Positions 18,847 to 28,146 of a stretch of DNA of 56,867 nucleotides are shown here, piece after piece (the stretch's first letter is position 1; every line of letters begins with the position of its first letter). Location: the NCBI GenBank assembly GCA_031406795.1, contig JANOHV010000108.1, forward strand, positions 1 to 56,867, in the 5' to 3' direction. The notes under the pieces are model-generated. The model did not search any database and was not told the origin of the DNA. It saw only the letters and a program-made list of their open reading frames with translations. This DNA is from Candidatus Rokuibacteriota bacterium. Lineage in GTDB: Bacteria > JAUVQV01 > DATDCY01. A program made the translations under genes and the position numbers.

Positions 18847-20052
18847 CTAGCAGACGCAGGCGCCCTGGTCCATGGGGTGGCAGGTCACCCGGTTCTTCCC
18901 GCCCGCCTTTGAGGCGTACATCGCCTTGTCCGCGCACTGGAGCAGGCGGACCCCGAGCCGCACCTGCGCGCCGCGCGAAATCCCGGTCTGGGGCGGGCCA
19001 TCGAGGGTGGAGACGCCGATGCTTGCCGTAATGATACCGTCGAGGCAAAGCGGGGCCTCGTCCTCGCCCCACGGGCCGTTGAGGAAGACGTGGGCGGCCG
19101 TCGCGCGGCGGATGTCCTCGGCGATCGCCTGGGCATCGGCCCTCCCCGTCTCGGGCAGCAGCAGCACGAACTCGTCACCGCCGTAGCGCGCCAGGGTCGC
19201 CCCCCGGCGCTCGACCGTCTCCCGGAGCAGCTTCCCGAATTCCGCGAGCGTGGTGCTGCCGGCCAGGTGCCCGTGGCTGTCGTTGATTTCCTTGAACCGG
19301 TCCAGATCCAGGAAGAGCACGGAGAGGGGCCGGCCCGTGCGCAGGTGGTCGGCGACATCGAGCGGCAGCCGCTCGTGCGTGGCGCGGTCGTTGGCGAGGC
19401 CGGTCAGGTCGTCGAGGCGCACCATGCGTTCGATCTTCTTGGCGTCCAGGGCGTTCTGGATCGTGGAGGAGATGTACTGGGCAAAGATCTCCAGCAGCTC
19501 ACGCTCGGAGTCGCGGTACTCGGTGCCGTCGCTCTTGTTCATCAGCTCGATCACGCCGCAGACCGAATTCCCGATCCGGATGGCGACACAGAGCACCGAG
19601 CGGGTGCAGTAGCCGGTGCGCCGGTCGCAATTCCCGTCGAACTCCGGGGCTTCGTAGGCGTCGTTGGTGATCTGCGAATTGCCGGTGCGGTAGACCGCCC
19701 CGACGATCCCCCGGTCGATCGGCACGCGCAAGCCGAGCACCCCGCCCGCCGTGGGCCCGAAACAGCAGACGAAGATCAGTTCGCGAAACGCGGTTTCCTC
19801 GAACTTCTGGATCGGGTCGTCGAGCAGGATCGAACCTGCCGAGGAGGGGACGAACTCGTTCGCCTTGTCGAGAATGTCGATGAGCAGGGCGTCGAGCGGG
19901 ATGCGCGGAATGGTGCGCTGGTCGAAGGAGAAGCGCTTTCGCTCGAGGATGGGGGAGAGCTGCTCCGTGGAAAGGCTCAGAATCCGGGGCGGACCCTCCT
20001 TCGTGCTCTCCAGCGGCATCACTTCCCACTCCCTCGTGTCGGCGATCAGCAT
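18847..20052 (-). CDS. GAF-domain diguanylate cyclase
   Basis: GAF (GIVGAVY..TGYCTRSVLCV..GVIELMNK); DDLTGLAN, DLDRFKEINDSHGH, RYGGDEF. Confidence 0.9.
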   Translation of the reverse strand: MLIADTREWEVMPLESTKEGPPRILSLSTEQLSPILERKRFSFDQRTIPRIPLDALLIDILDKANEFVPSSAGSILLDDPIQKFEETAFRELIFVCCFGPTAGGVLGLRVPIDRGIVGAVYRTGNSQITNDAYEAPEFDGNCDRRTGYCTRSVLCVAIRIGNSVCGVIELMNKSDGTEYRDSERELLEIFAQYISSTIQNALDAKKIERMVRLDDLTGLANDRATHERLPLDVADHLRTGRPLSVLFLDLDRFKEINDSHGHLAGSTTLAEFGKLLRETVERRGATLARYGGDEFVLLLPETGRADAQAIAEDIRRATAAHVFLNGPWGEDEAPLCLDGIITASIGVSTLDGPPQTGISRGAQVRLGVRLLQCADKAMYASKAGGKNRVTCHPMDQGACVC

Positions 20053-20125
20053 CGCGGACTCCGCGGACAGTAGAACGCACCGGCGCCCTCCCGTCAAGAC
20101 CGCGCCGGAGCGCCCGCGCCGCCGC

Positions 20126-21277
20126 TCACCGCGATTGCAGATAGCCCGCCAGCCGGTCCAGCGCCGTGGCGATCCTCGCAAGCGAGTTGGCGTAGGAGAA
20201 GCGCAGGTACCCCTCGGCGTTGCTGCCGAAATCGATTCCCGGCGTCACCGCCACCCCGGCCTTCTCGAGAATGTCGAACGCGAGACGGTGCGAGTCCGTG
20301 TCGACGTGCCGGGCGTTGGCCAGGACATAGAAGGCGCCCGTCGGCTCGACCGTGATGCCGAACCCCAGCTCGCGCAACCGCCGCACCATGAAGCGGCGCC
20401 GCTCGTCGTAGACGCCGACCATGCGCGCCACGTCCGGGGCGGCCTCCCGCAGCGCCGCGAGCGCCGCGTGCTGCGGGATCGAGCCAGCGGAGATCAGGAA
20501 GTTCTGCTGCAGCTTCTGCATCGGCCGCACGAAATGCGGCGGCGCGATCACGTACCCGAGACGCCAGCCGGTCATCGCGTATTTCTTGGAGAACCCGTTG
20601 AGCACGAAGGCGTTGTCGGTGAACTCAAGGATCGAGCGGGCGCGGCCCTCGTAGACCAGCCCGTGGTAGATCTCGTCCGAGATCACGCACGGGCCCAGCG
20701 CCGCAATCTCCGCCAGCCGTTCGGCCGTCAGCAGGTTGCCGGTCGGGTTCGCCGGGGAGTTGACGAGGATCCCCTTCGTCCGCGGCGTCAGCCGGCCGCG
20801 GATCTCCTCGGCGTGCAGTTGGAAGCCGTCCGCCTCGCCGACCGGAACGGAGACGCTCCTGCCGCCGAGAAAATCCACGAAGCTCGGGTGGCAGGCGTAG
20901 TGCGGGTCGCTGATCACGATCTCGTCCCCGGGGTCGAGCAGCGCGCCGAACAGCAGCAGCATGGCCGGCGAAGTCCCCGAGGTGACCACGATCCGATCGG
21001 GCGTGATCGCGACGCCATACTCCCGGTGGTAGTCCTCGCAGATCGCCTCGCGCAGCTCCAGCAGGCCGAGACTGTGGGTGTAGCGGGTCTTGCCGTCGCG
21101 AATGGCCCGGATGCCCGCCTCGCGGATGCACGCCGGCGTCTCGAAGTCCGGTTCGCCGACCTCGAGGTGGATGATCTCCCGCCCCTCGCGCTCGAGCGCC
21201 TGGGCGCGCTCGAGCACTTCCATGACCAGGAAGGGCGGCAGGTCGGCGGAGCGCCGGGAGATCGGGGTCTGCTTCAC
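20126..21277 (-). CDS. PLP-dependent aminotransferase class I/II
   Basis: GEPDF, NSPANPTG, SDEIYH, NGFSKKYAMTGWRLG. Confidence 0.92.
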   Translation of the reverse strand: MKQTPISRRSADLPPFLVMEVLERAQALEREGREIIHLEVGEPDFETPACIREAGIRAIRDGKTRYTHSLGLLELREAICEDYHREYGVAITPDRIVVTSGTSPAMLLLFGALLDPGDEIVISDPHYACHPSFVDFLGGRSVSVPVGEADGFQLHAEEIRGRLTPRTKGILVNSPANPTGNLLTAERLAEIAALGPCVISDEIYHGLVYEGRARSILEFTDNAFVLNGFSKKYAMTGWRLGYVIAPPHFVRPMQKLQQNFLISAGSIPQHAALAALREAAPDVARMVGVYDERRRFMVRRLRELGFGITVEPTGAFYVLANARHVDTDSHRLAFDILEKAGVAVTPGIDFGSNAEGYLRFSYANSLARIATALDRLAGYLQSR

Positions 21278-21687
21278 CCCACCGCGCCCGGGCCCGTCCC
21301 GGCCTCATGTTCGCGCAGCTGGTCCCGGATGGCGGCGCAGATCGGCACCGGGCGGCCGGTGCCGAAGTCGTAGTGCACCAGGACCGTCGTGCCGCGGGTG
21401 CACAACACGCCCGCCTGCTCGGCCTCCTGGCTGACCTCGAACGAAGAGGTGCCGATCCGCGAGATCCAGGTCCGGACGGTGACGTCGCCGTTGATGACCA
21501 GCGGCCGCACGAAATCGATCGCATAGCGCGCGAGGATCAGGTTCCAGCCCTCGAAGGCGAACTCCGGGTTGAAGATCCGGTAGATCGGGTTGCGGGCCTG
21601 CTCGAACCAGCCGGGGATGACCGTGTTGTTGACGTGGCGCAGCCCGTCGATGTCGCCGAAACGCGGCGTGATGTCGTAGAGGTACAT
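21274..21687 (-). CDS. acyl-CoA thioesterase (4HBT/YbgC hot-dog fold)
   Basis: RFGDIDGLRHVNN, WFEQAR, RIGTSSF. Confidence 0.85.
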   Translation of the reverse strand: MYLYDITPRFGDIDGLRHVNNTVIPGWFEQARNPIYRIFNPEFAFEGWNLILARYAIDFVRPLVINGDVTVRTWISRIGTSSFEVSQEAEQAGVLCTRGTTVLVHYDFGTGRPVPICAAIRDQLREHEAGTGPGAVG

Positions 21688-21767
21688 GGCTGCCGATTTG
21701 ACCACGGCCCGCCCACCGCGGTCAAATTTCCCTCTGTTTCCCCGACAAGCGGCAATGGAAACGGCGG

Positions 21768-21854
21768 AGGGGTGGCGCGAAGGGGAGGTCTCCAGCGGCT
21801 GAGCGAAGCGAAGCCGATGGAGGTCCGCAGCGACAGGACCCCGCAGCCCGCACG
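21768..21854 (-). repeat. 87-bp structured intergenic repeat, copy 2
   Basis: inverted copy of 17454-17540. Confidence 0.85.
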
Positions 21855-21903
21855 CAAACAGATCCGTGAAACACGGTCCCGTTGCATCGGGTAGAATACG
21901 CGC

Positions 21904-22098
21904 ATGCATTGCCGGAACCATCCCGACCGCGACGCCGCAGCGCTCTGCCAGAAGCTCGGCACCGGCTTCTGCGCGGCCTGTTGCGAGTGCCAGGACGTCG
22001 CCGAATGCTGCGGCTGCCTCGACCCGCAAGTCTACTGCACCTTCAGGACCCAGTGCCTGATCTGGGAGCTGTCGCGGCAGAGGAGGAAAAACGCGTGA
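21904..22098 (+). CDS. small Cys-rich protein (64 aa, B-box-like N-terminus)
   Basis: CxxH..C..CxxCCxC..CCxC..CxxRxxC; GTGA overlap with the next gene. Confidence 0.7.
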   Translation: MHCRNHPDRDAAALCQKLGTGFCAACCECQDVAECCGCLDPQVYCTFRTQCLIWELSRQRRKNA

Positions 22099-22874
22099 AT
22101 GTTCTCGGCCTGTACAAACTGCTCCCGCGCACCAATTGCGGGCTCTGCCGGGCCCGGCAGTGCATGGCCTTCGCCGTGGCTCTCGCGAAAGGGGAGGCCG
22201 ATCCCGACGAGTGCCCGACGCTCAGCGCCGAGGCGCGGCGCCAGCTTCGCGGCGGCAGCGGCCAGGGCGACTGGCGCGAGTCGCTGCTCGCAGACTTGAG
22301 ACGCGAGGTCGCCGCGCTGTGCTTCGCGGACATCGCCGCGGGGCTGGGCGTCGCGTTCGGGGAAAGTTCGCTCTCGATCCGCTGTCTCGGCCGCGACTAC
22401 CGCGTCGGGCCTGACGGCACGATCACCGCCAGCGGGCCGCCCGCTCCCTGGATGCAGATTCTGCTGCTGCACTATGTCCGCACCCGCGGCAACGCCGCCA
22501 ACTGCGGCACGTGGGTCTCCTTCACCGACCTCAAGGCCGGCTTGATGAAATCCAAGTCGTTCGCGCGCGATTGCGAGGACCCGCTGCGCGCGCTCTTCGA
22601 CAACGCCCCGGAAGCCGTGGAGCAGGCACTCGAGCGGCTCGGGGGCGTGCGGCAGCCGGGCACGCCGGCACCGGTCGCCTGGAAGATCTTCGCCCTGCCG
22701 CGCGTCCCCGTGTTGCTGCTCCACTGGCCGCACGACGAGGAATTCCCCTCGAAGATCAAGATACTCTTCGACGCGACCGCCGACCGCTTCCTCGACGTGG
22801 AGTCGCTGACCTTCCTGATCGAGGGACTGGTCAAGAACATCGAGCACGGGCCGGATTGCGCCCCGCACGACTGA
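22095..22874 (+). CDS. Fe-S domain plus DUF3786-like protein
   Basis: LPRTNCGLCRARQCMAFA...CP Fe-S domain; ILLLHY, ALPRVP, DEEFP, LFDATA motifs; AGGAGG SD. Confidence 0.8.
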   Translation: MNVLGLYKLLPRTNCGLCRARQCMAFAVALAKGEADPDECPTLSAEARRQLRGGSGQGDWRESLLADLRREVAALCFADIAAGLGVAFGESSLSIRCLGRDYRVGPDGTITASGPPAPWMQILLLHYVRTRGNAANCGTWVSFTDLKAGLMKSKSFARDCEDPLRALFDNAPEAVEQALERLGGVRQPGTPAPVAWKIFALPRVPVLLLHWPHDEEFPSKIKILFDATADRFLDVESLTFLIEGLVKNIEHGPDCAPHD

Positions 22875-22882
22875 ACAGCCGG

Positions 22883-23650
22883 TTATGGTTCGACGACCTG
22901 ATAGGCGAGCACGCCCTGGACGAAGACCGGTTTGAAGTGGATCTCCCCGAACCGGTAGTGTCCGGCGCCCTTCACGTTCTCCAGACGGTACCCGTCCGGA
23001 AGATAGTAGACGGTGAGGCCGGCCGCCGGCTTGAGCACCTCGTAGGCGCCGCCCTTCTCGCCGAAGAAGGTTCCGAAGAAGTACCAGACGGGAGCCGGCC
23101 GGGATTGAATCCTGGTGACACCCTGGGGCAGCTGCTCCACGACGGCGCCGACGGGAGCCGTCACGACGGTGTAGCTGGACCCCTGCTGTAGCCAGAAAAT
23201 ACCCTGGTCGTAAAGAAAGGCGCTCTCGCCGACCTCGACAGTCCTGGCGGCGCCGCCGGGGCCCTCCACCGCCGAGTACCCCGGTTTCCGGTAGTAGGCC
23301 CCGCGGGGGGAGTTGAGCGCCGCCTGGGCGTCTTCGAGGATGGCGTCGAAGTAGGCTTCGTGCTCCGCCGAGGACTTCTCCTGGCTCTTCTCGATCTCGT
23401 CCCGGCGGCGCGCGCGACCGGCCTCGCGCGCCTGCTCCTCCTGAGAGGAGAGGGTTTCCCGCTGCATCTGCAGCAGCGTCCAGTTGAAATCGCTCCAGCC
23501 GTCGTCCCAGCCGTCGTCGCGGGTCTGGTCGAACGTGCGGCCACCGTCCCGAGCCGCGGCGACCGGCGGAAACAGGATGATCAGGCCGGCGAGCCCGGCG
23601 CCGGTGACGGCAAGCAGCCTGCGGCGAAAGATTCGTGCGCTGGCTCTCAT
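22883..23650 (-). CDS. exported hypothetical protein (DUF6515-like)
   Basis: signal-like N-terminus; repeated Y.VV.AP.GA.V..LP beta units. Confidence 0.6.
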   Translation of the reverse strand: MRASARIFRRRLLAVTGAGLAGLIILFPPVAAARDGGRTFDQTRDDGWDDGWSDFNWTLLQMQRETLSSQEEQAREAGRARRRDEIEKSQEKSSAEHEAYFDAILEDAQAALNSPRGAYYRKPGYSAVEGPGGAARTVEVGESAFLYDQGIFWLQQGSSYTVVTAPVGAVVEQLPQGVTRIQSRPAPVWYFFGTFFGEKGGAYEVLKPAAGLTVYYLPDGYRLENVKGAGHYRFGEIHFKPVFVQGVLAYQVVEP

Positions 23651-23687
23651 GGTCAGGACTCCTCTCCTCGTCCGCGCCGCGCCCCGC

Positions 23688-24449
23688 TCAGCGCTTGACC
23701 GGCTCGAACTCGCATTGGACCGCTCCCGCCGGCGGCGTGAAAGCGAAGATGGCGTCGCTCAGACTGGGTGCGAAGTCCCAGGAAAGGAACGTGGCGGCGT
23801 ACTGCGGGGCGGCCGCTTCGAGCTTGTAGGTGATGATGATCCGCTTGATCAGCGGCTCGCCCTGCTCCGCGACCCAGACCTGCCAATCGGTCTTCGCCCC
23901 CCGGAACGCGAGGTGCCGACAGGGCGTCCCGGCGATGACACCGCGCCCGACGATAGAGCCGGCGGTGACCTTCTCCAGAGCCGTCGCCGCGAGGTTCTCA
24001 CGCAGCAGCGGGGCCAGCGGCGGGGTGAAGCCGAGCTTGTCCCTCATCGAGCCGAAGAGATCGTCGAGCCGCTCCGGCGCCGGCCAGCAGGCGTAGACAT
24101 TCTTCCCGCTGTTCAGCAGCGTGAAGTTCTTGCCGTCGTACCAGCTGCGGACCGTCCGCTGCTCGCCCTCGAACATGTTCCAGAAGCCGTCCGGCCGGCG
24201 GACGGCGACCTCGAGCACGCCGGGGAACTGGAGCTTCTGTCCGCCCGGCAGCGGGACGTCGCTCGTCACCTCGGCGCGAAAGGTGAAACTCTTCGCCCCG
24301 CCGATGCGCTCCAGGGCGGCTTTGAGAATCCGGGCGGCCTCGGGCTCGATCGCCGGCGGCTCCTGCGCGCGGACCTCCGACAGGCTCGTCACGGCCACGA
24401 GCGCCAGGCCGACGGCGAGCAGCGTCCGCATCATCCCTTTTCGCAGCAT
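23688..24449 (-). CDS. DUF2092-like periplasmic protein
   Basis: signal peptide, VRRPD, WYDGK, CRHLAFR..DWQVWV, FAFTPP. Confidence 0.8.
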   Translation of the reverse strand: MLRKGMMRTLLAVGLALVAVTSLSEVRAQEPPAIEPEAARILKAALERIGGAKSFTFRAEVTSDVPLPGGQKLQFPGVLEVAVRRPDGFWNMFEGEQRTVRSWYDGKNFTLLNSGKNVYACWPAPERLDDLFGSMRDKLGFTPPLAPLLRENLAATALEKVTAGSIVGRGVIAGTPCRHLAFRGAKTDWQVWVAEQGEPLIKRIIITYKLEAAAPQYAATFLSWDFAPSLSDAIFAFTPPAGAVQCEFEPVKR

Positions 24450-24544
24450 CGCCTTCCCCTCCTGGAAACTATCACCGGCCGCCCCGCGAAGCCGGCGAGG
24501 GCCGCCCGTATGCAGCGATCCCGCACCGGCACGGTTGCCCCTGC

Positions 24545-24572
24545 AAGATAGCACCGGAGGGACGCCTGTCAA
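24545..24572 (-). promoter_or_regulatory. sigma70 promoter of the DUF2092 gene
   Basis: TTGACA-N16-TATCTT with a TG extension. Confidence 0.6.
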
Positions 24573-24642
24573 GCCGCCGTCTGGCGCCCCCGGATCGGCC
24601 CGGCTTGCATCGGCTCCCGCCGTGGCGTACATATAAGAAGTT

Positions 24643-25050
24643 ATGGCGAGACTGGTGGAATTCCCGAATGTGTCACACCATCCCCGGATGCAGCGCGAAG
24701 CGAAGACGATCTCGAGAATGACCGGCATCTTCTGCACGCAGCGCCACGGAACGCCGAATGGCGAGTTGTGCCGGATCTGCGCCGAGTTCCTGGACTACGC
24801 GCTGCTGCGCTTGGCCAGGTGCCCGTTCCAGGAGGGCAAGACGAGCTGCGGCAACTGCCGGATCCACTGCTACAAACCCGACATGCGCGAACTCGCCAGG
24901 GAAACGATGCGCACCGCGGGACCCCGGATGCCGCTGAGACATCCGCTGCTGACGCTCTGGCACTTCTTCGACGGCTTGCGAAAGGAGCCGCTCAGGAAGA
25001 AAGAGGCGGCCCCGAGCCGCACGTCCACTCCCCGCCGGCCAGATCGGTGA
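24643..25050 (+). CDS. YgbA / nitrous-oxide-stimulated-promoter family protein
   Basis: REAKTI..M..IFC..H, CxxC, RL.RCPF..KT.C.NC.IHCY, MR.AGPRM..HP; start at 24643 or GTG 24670. Confidence 0.85.
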   Translation: MARLVEFPNVSHHPRMQREAKTISRMTGIFCTQRHGTPNGELCRICAEFLDYALLRLARCPFQEGKTSCGNCRIHCYKPDMRELARETMRTAGPRMPLRHPLLTLWHFFDGLRKEPLRKKEAAPSRTSTPRRPDR

Positions 25051-25062
25051 TTGTCGGGCGAA

Positions 25063-25404
25063 TCACCGGCCGGCGCGCAGGAAACGCTCAATCGTCTTGC
25101 GTCCGCTCGTGCTCTGGTCCTCGAACCTGCCGCCAACCAGGAAGCCCTGGTGCTCCGGCAGTTCCCGGGCCCAGGCCGCCCGAGCGAAGAAACTCACCGG
25201 TTGTCCGTCGGGAAGCTGCAGCTCCAGCAGCAGGCCCGAACGCGCGCGGACTTCTTCATGGCATTGAAATCGCAACCCCTCGAGACTCAAGTCCTCGGCT
25301 CGAGCACCGAAGGAGCCGCCGCCGGCTACGGGCATTACCTGGTAACGCAATGGGAACCAGCTGGCGATTCGCGGCGAGCGTCGCCGTTCCTTGCTGTCGA
25401 TCAT
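25063..25404 (-). CDS. single-domain PilZ protein
   Basis: ERRRSPR (RxxxR) and DLSLEG (DxSxxG); GGAGG SD. Confidence 0.8.
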   Translation of the reverse strand: MIDSKERRRSPRIASWFPLRYQVMPVAGGGSFGARAEDLSLEGLRFQCHEEVRARSGLLLELQLPDGQPVSFFARAAWARELPEHQGFLVGGRFEDQSTSGRKTIERFLRAGR

Positions 25405-25558
25405 AACCGACCTCCTTGCGGAACGATGCTCATCGGCAAACGCCTGACCCTAGCGTAGATGTAATCCCGACGCTTCGGTGTTGTCAAGAGCAAATCGCCC
25501 GGGGGGTCGTGATCTTGCCGCCGTTGTGGCATGATGGGCGTATCAAGGAGGTAGCGTC

Positions 25559-26158
25559 ATGAGCGAAAGCGATCGTCCCCTGCCGACCCCGCCCCGTTCG
25601 CGATTCGGCCGGGAGACTCAGCAAGAACCCGGCGCCGCGCCGGGCATGATTTCCGACCGGATGGCGCTGGCTGCCGCTGAAGGCCGACTTGAGGAATTCC
25701 TGCAGCAGGAAATCCCGGAAGGCGATCACGCCCGCAATCTCGCGATGATGATGATGGGCATGAGCGGCATGATGCCGACGGAACTGCCGGCCGGGGTGCC
25801 CGAGCCCGTTTCGCCGCACAGCCCCGCATCGCCGGCGTCCGACGCGCCCGCCGCCCTCTCCGCGGAGGTCCCGCCCGAGGTGCTCGCGGCCATCCAGCAG
25901 GGGGACGTGGCCAACCTCATGGGGCTTCTGCGCGCCGAGCACGCGAAGCGCTCCGGCCTTCCTGACGCGACAGCCGCCGCGCCGCAGGCGCCGGCGTCGC
26001 CGGCCGCCCCCGCCCCCGAAGGGCGCGCCGGCATCGACGCCGCGATCATCGACGAGTTGATCCGGATCGGCACCGACAACGACGTGACCGTCGACTGGCT
26101 GATGCTCCGGGCCGTGAAACTCTACGTCGAGGAGTACCGCAGGACGGGACGGCTCTAG
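25559..26158 (+). CDS. hypothetical protein
   Basis: AAGGAGG SD, coding-like codon usage; Met-rich patch, Pro/Ala linkers, possible ribbon-helix-helix-like C-terminus. Confidence 0.7.
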   Translation: MSESDRPLPTPPRSRFGRETQQEPGAAPGMISDRMALAAAEGRLEEFLQQEIPEGDHARNLAMMMMGMSGMMPTELPAGVPEPVSPHSPASPASDAPAALSAEVPPEVLAAIQQGDVANLMGLLRAEHAKRSGLPDATAAAPQAPASPAAPAPEGRAGIDAAIIDELIRIGTDNDVTVDWLMLRAVKLYVEEYRRTGRL

Positions 26159-26185
26159 CAGGATTCCCCGAAGCGTCCGACGCGG

Positions 26186-26503
26186 TCACTCGTCCTTTTC
26201 GAAAACGATCGTCGCGTCCTTTTCCACGTTCAGGCCGGCCTCGACCTCCAGCGCCTTGAGCACCGCCGCGGGCACCGGGCAAGCCGCGTGCTTGAGGTTC
26301 CGGCCCGCGGCGAGGTAGACGGGGTTGTTCAGGATGCCCACCAGCGCGTCGTGGCGGCCGAGCCGCGTGATCTCGGCCGCCATCTGCCGCACCATCGCGC
26401 AGCCGCTCTCCACCGAGATGTCGATCGCGCGCTGCGGCGCCTTCTTTGCCCGGATGACGGAGGTGAAACCGCACGCCCCGGACGTGACGACAACCTTGGT
26501 CAT
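26186..26503 (-). CDS. DUF6951-like small Cys/His protein
   Basis: GACGF, SGC, HAACPVP, KALEVEAGL; ATGA overlap with the ABC ATPase. Confidence 0.7.
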   Translation of the reverse strand: MTKVVVTSGACGFTSVIRAKKAPQRAIDISVESGCAMVRQMAAEITRLGRHDALVGILNNPVYLAAGRNLKHAACPVPAAVLKALEVEAGLNVEKDATIVFEKDE

Positions 26504-27354
26504 TTCGCCCTCGCTTCGTTTGGCAGGGTGCCCGGGCTCCCGGCCGCCGCACCCGGCGGTTGCAGATCGGCTTCGACCGGCGCGGTCCGCGAGTTGAGCC
26601 GCTGCTCGGCGAGAAACGCCAGCAGTTCCTTGCGCAGCGCGTTGAGCTCCGGCCCGGTCCGGTCCCGCGGCCGCGGCACCCGCACCTCGACGGACTTGCC
26701 GACGCGCGTCGGCTGCGCGGTCATGCAGACGACGCGGTCGCCGAGAAACACCGCCTCGTCCACGTTGTGGGTGACGAAGACCACCGTGGTGCGCGTGCGC
26801 TCCAGCACGTGCAGGAGCACCTCCTGCAGCGCGTTTCTGGTCTGGGCGTCCAGAGCCGCGAACGGTTCGTCCATCAGCAGCACGCGCGGCTCGACGGCCA
26901 GCGCGCGCGCGAGGGCGACTTTCTGCTTCATGCCCCCGGAGATCTGTTTGAGGTGATAACCGTCGAAGCCGGCGAGCTCGACGAGCTCGAGGCAGCGCCG
27001 CGCCGTCGCGCGCCGCTGCGCCGGGGAGACGCCGGCGAATTCGAGCCCGAGCTCGACGTTGCTCAAAACGGTGCGCCAGGGCAGCAGGGTCGTCTCCTGA
27101 GTGATGTAGCCAATCTCGCGCATGGTCCCGCTGACGACGCGGTCCCCGATGGTGACCCGCCCGCGATCCGCGCGCTCCAGCCCGGCAATGATGCGCAGCA
27201 GGGTCGTCTTGCCGCAGCCGCTGGGCCCGAGCACGCACACGATGCCGCCGTCCGGCGCCGCGAACGAAACCCCGCCGAGGATGAGCCGTCCGGCGTCGCC
27301 GCTGGTGCCCGGGAAACCCTTCTCGACCCCCTCGACCCGCAGTTCCATGCTCAT
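26500..27354 (-). CDS. ABC ATPase (SsuB/TauB/NitT type)
   Basis: GPSGCGKTT, ISGGMKQ, MDEPFAALDAQTR, VTHNVDEA. Confidence 0.92.
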   Translation of the reverse strand: MSMELRVEGVEKGFPGTSGDAGRLILGGVSFAAPDGGIVCVLGPSGCGKTTLLRIIAGLERADRGRVTIGDRVVSGTMREIGYITQETTLLPWRTVLSNVELGLEFAGVSPAQRRATARRCLELVELAGFDGYHLKQISGGMKQKVALARALAVEPRVLLMDEPFAALDAQTRNALQEVLLHVLERTRTTVVFVTHNVDEAVFLGDRVVCMTAQPTRVGKSVEVRVPRPRDRTGPELNALRKELLAFLAEQRLNSRTAPVEADLQPPGAAAGSPGTLPNEARAK

Positions 27355-28127
27355 CTCCAGCGCAGCAGCCGCCGTTCGGCGGCGCGGATCAGCGCATCCA
27401 TCGCGAAGCCGATCAGCCCGATGACCAGCATGCCGGCCACGATCTGGTCCGCGCGCTGGATGTCGCGCGCGGTCATGATCATGTAGCCGAGGCCGTAGCC
27501 ACTCTTGACGCCGGTGAACTCCGCGGCGACCAGCGTCATCCACCCGACCCCGATCGCGATGCGCACGCCCGTGATGGTAGCCGGCAGCGCGCCGGGGGCG
27601 AGCACCTTCAGGAACAGTTCACGCCTCGAGGCGCCAAGGATGATTGCCGCCTCGATCAGGCCGCGCTCGATCGCGCGCACCCCGGCGACGGTGTTGAGCA
27701 GGATCGGGAAGAACGCCCCGAGGAAGATGATGAACACGGCCGATCCGTCGCCGATGCCGAGCCAGAGAATGGCGAGAGGGACCCACGCCAGCGGCGGAAT
27801 GGGGCGCAGCAACTCGACGAAGGGGTTGACCAGCGAACGCAACCACGCCGACCGGCCCATCAGCAGCCCGAGCGGGATACCGACGGCCAGTGCCGCCACG
27901 ACGCCCCCGAGTACCCGGCGCAGACTCGCGACGCAGTGGCCAAGCAGGTGGCTGCCCGGCGGCAGGCCGCGGGTGACCATCTCGGCAAGGCCGCTCAACA
28001 CGTGCGAAGGCGGCGGCAGTCGGTTTTCGGGGATGATCCCGGCGGCGCCGAACGCCTCCCAGAGAAGGCCGGCCGCCACCAGCGGTGCCAGCTGCAACGG
28101 GAAGCGCCAGCGCCCCCCGCTCACCAT
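27351..28127 (-). CDS. ABC permease (SsuC/TauC type)
   Basis: LPPPS, RPIPPLAWVP, EAA loop, LVAAE, GLGYMI. Confidence 0.92.
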   Translation of the reverse strand: MVSGGRWRFPLQLAPLVAAGLLWEAFGAAGIIPENRLPPPSHVLSGLAEMVTRGLPPGSHLLGHCVASLRRVLGGVVAALAVGIPLGLLMGRSAWLRSLVNPFVELLRPIPPLAWVPLAILWLGIGDGSAVFIIFLGAFFPILLNTVAGVRAIERGLIEAAIILGASRRELFLKVLAPGALPATITGVRIAIGVGWMTLVAAEFTGVKSGYGLGYMIMTARDIQRADQIVAGMLVIGLIGFAMDALIRAAERRLLRWR

Positions 28128-28146
28128 GGTTTGCGGCGTCCGGACT

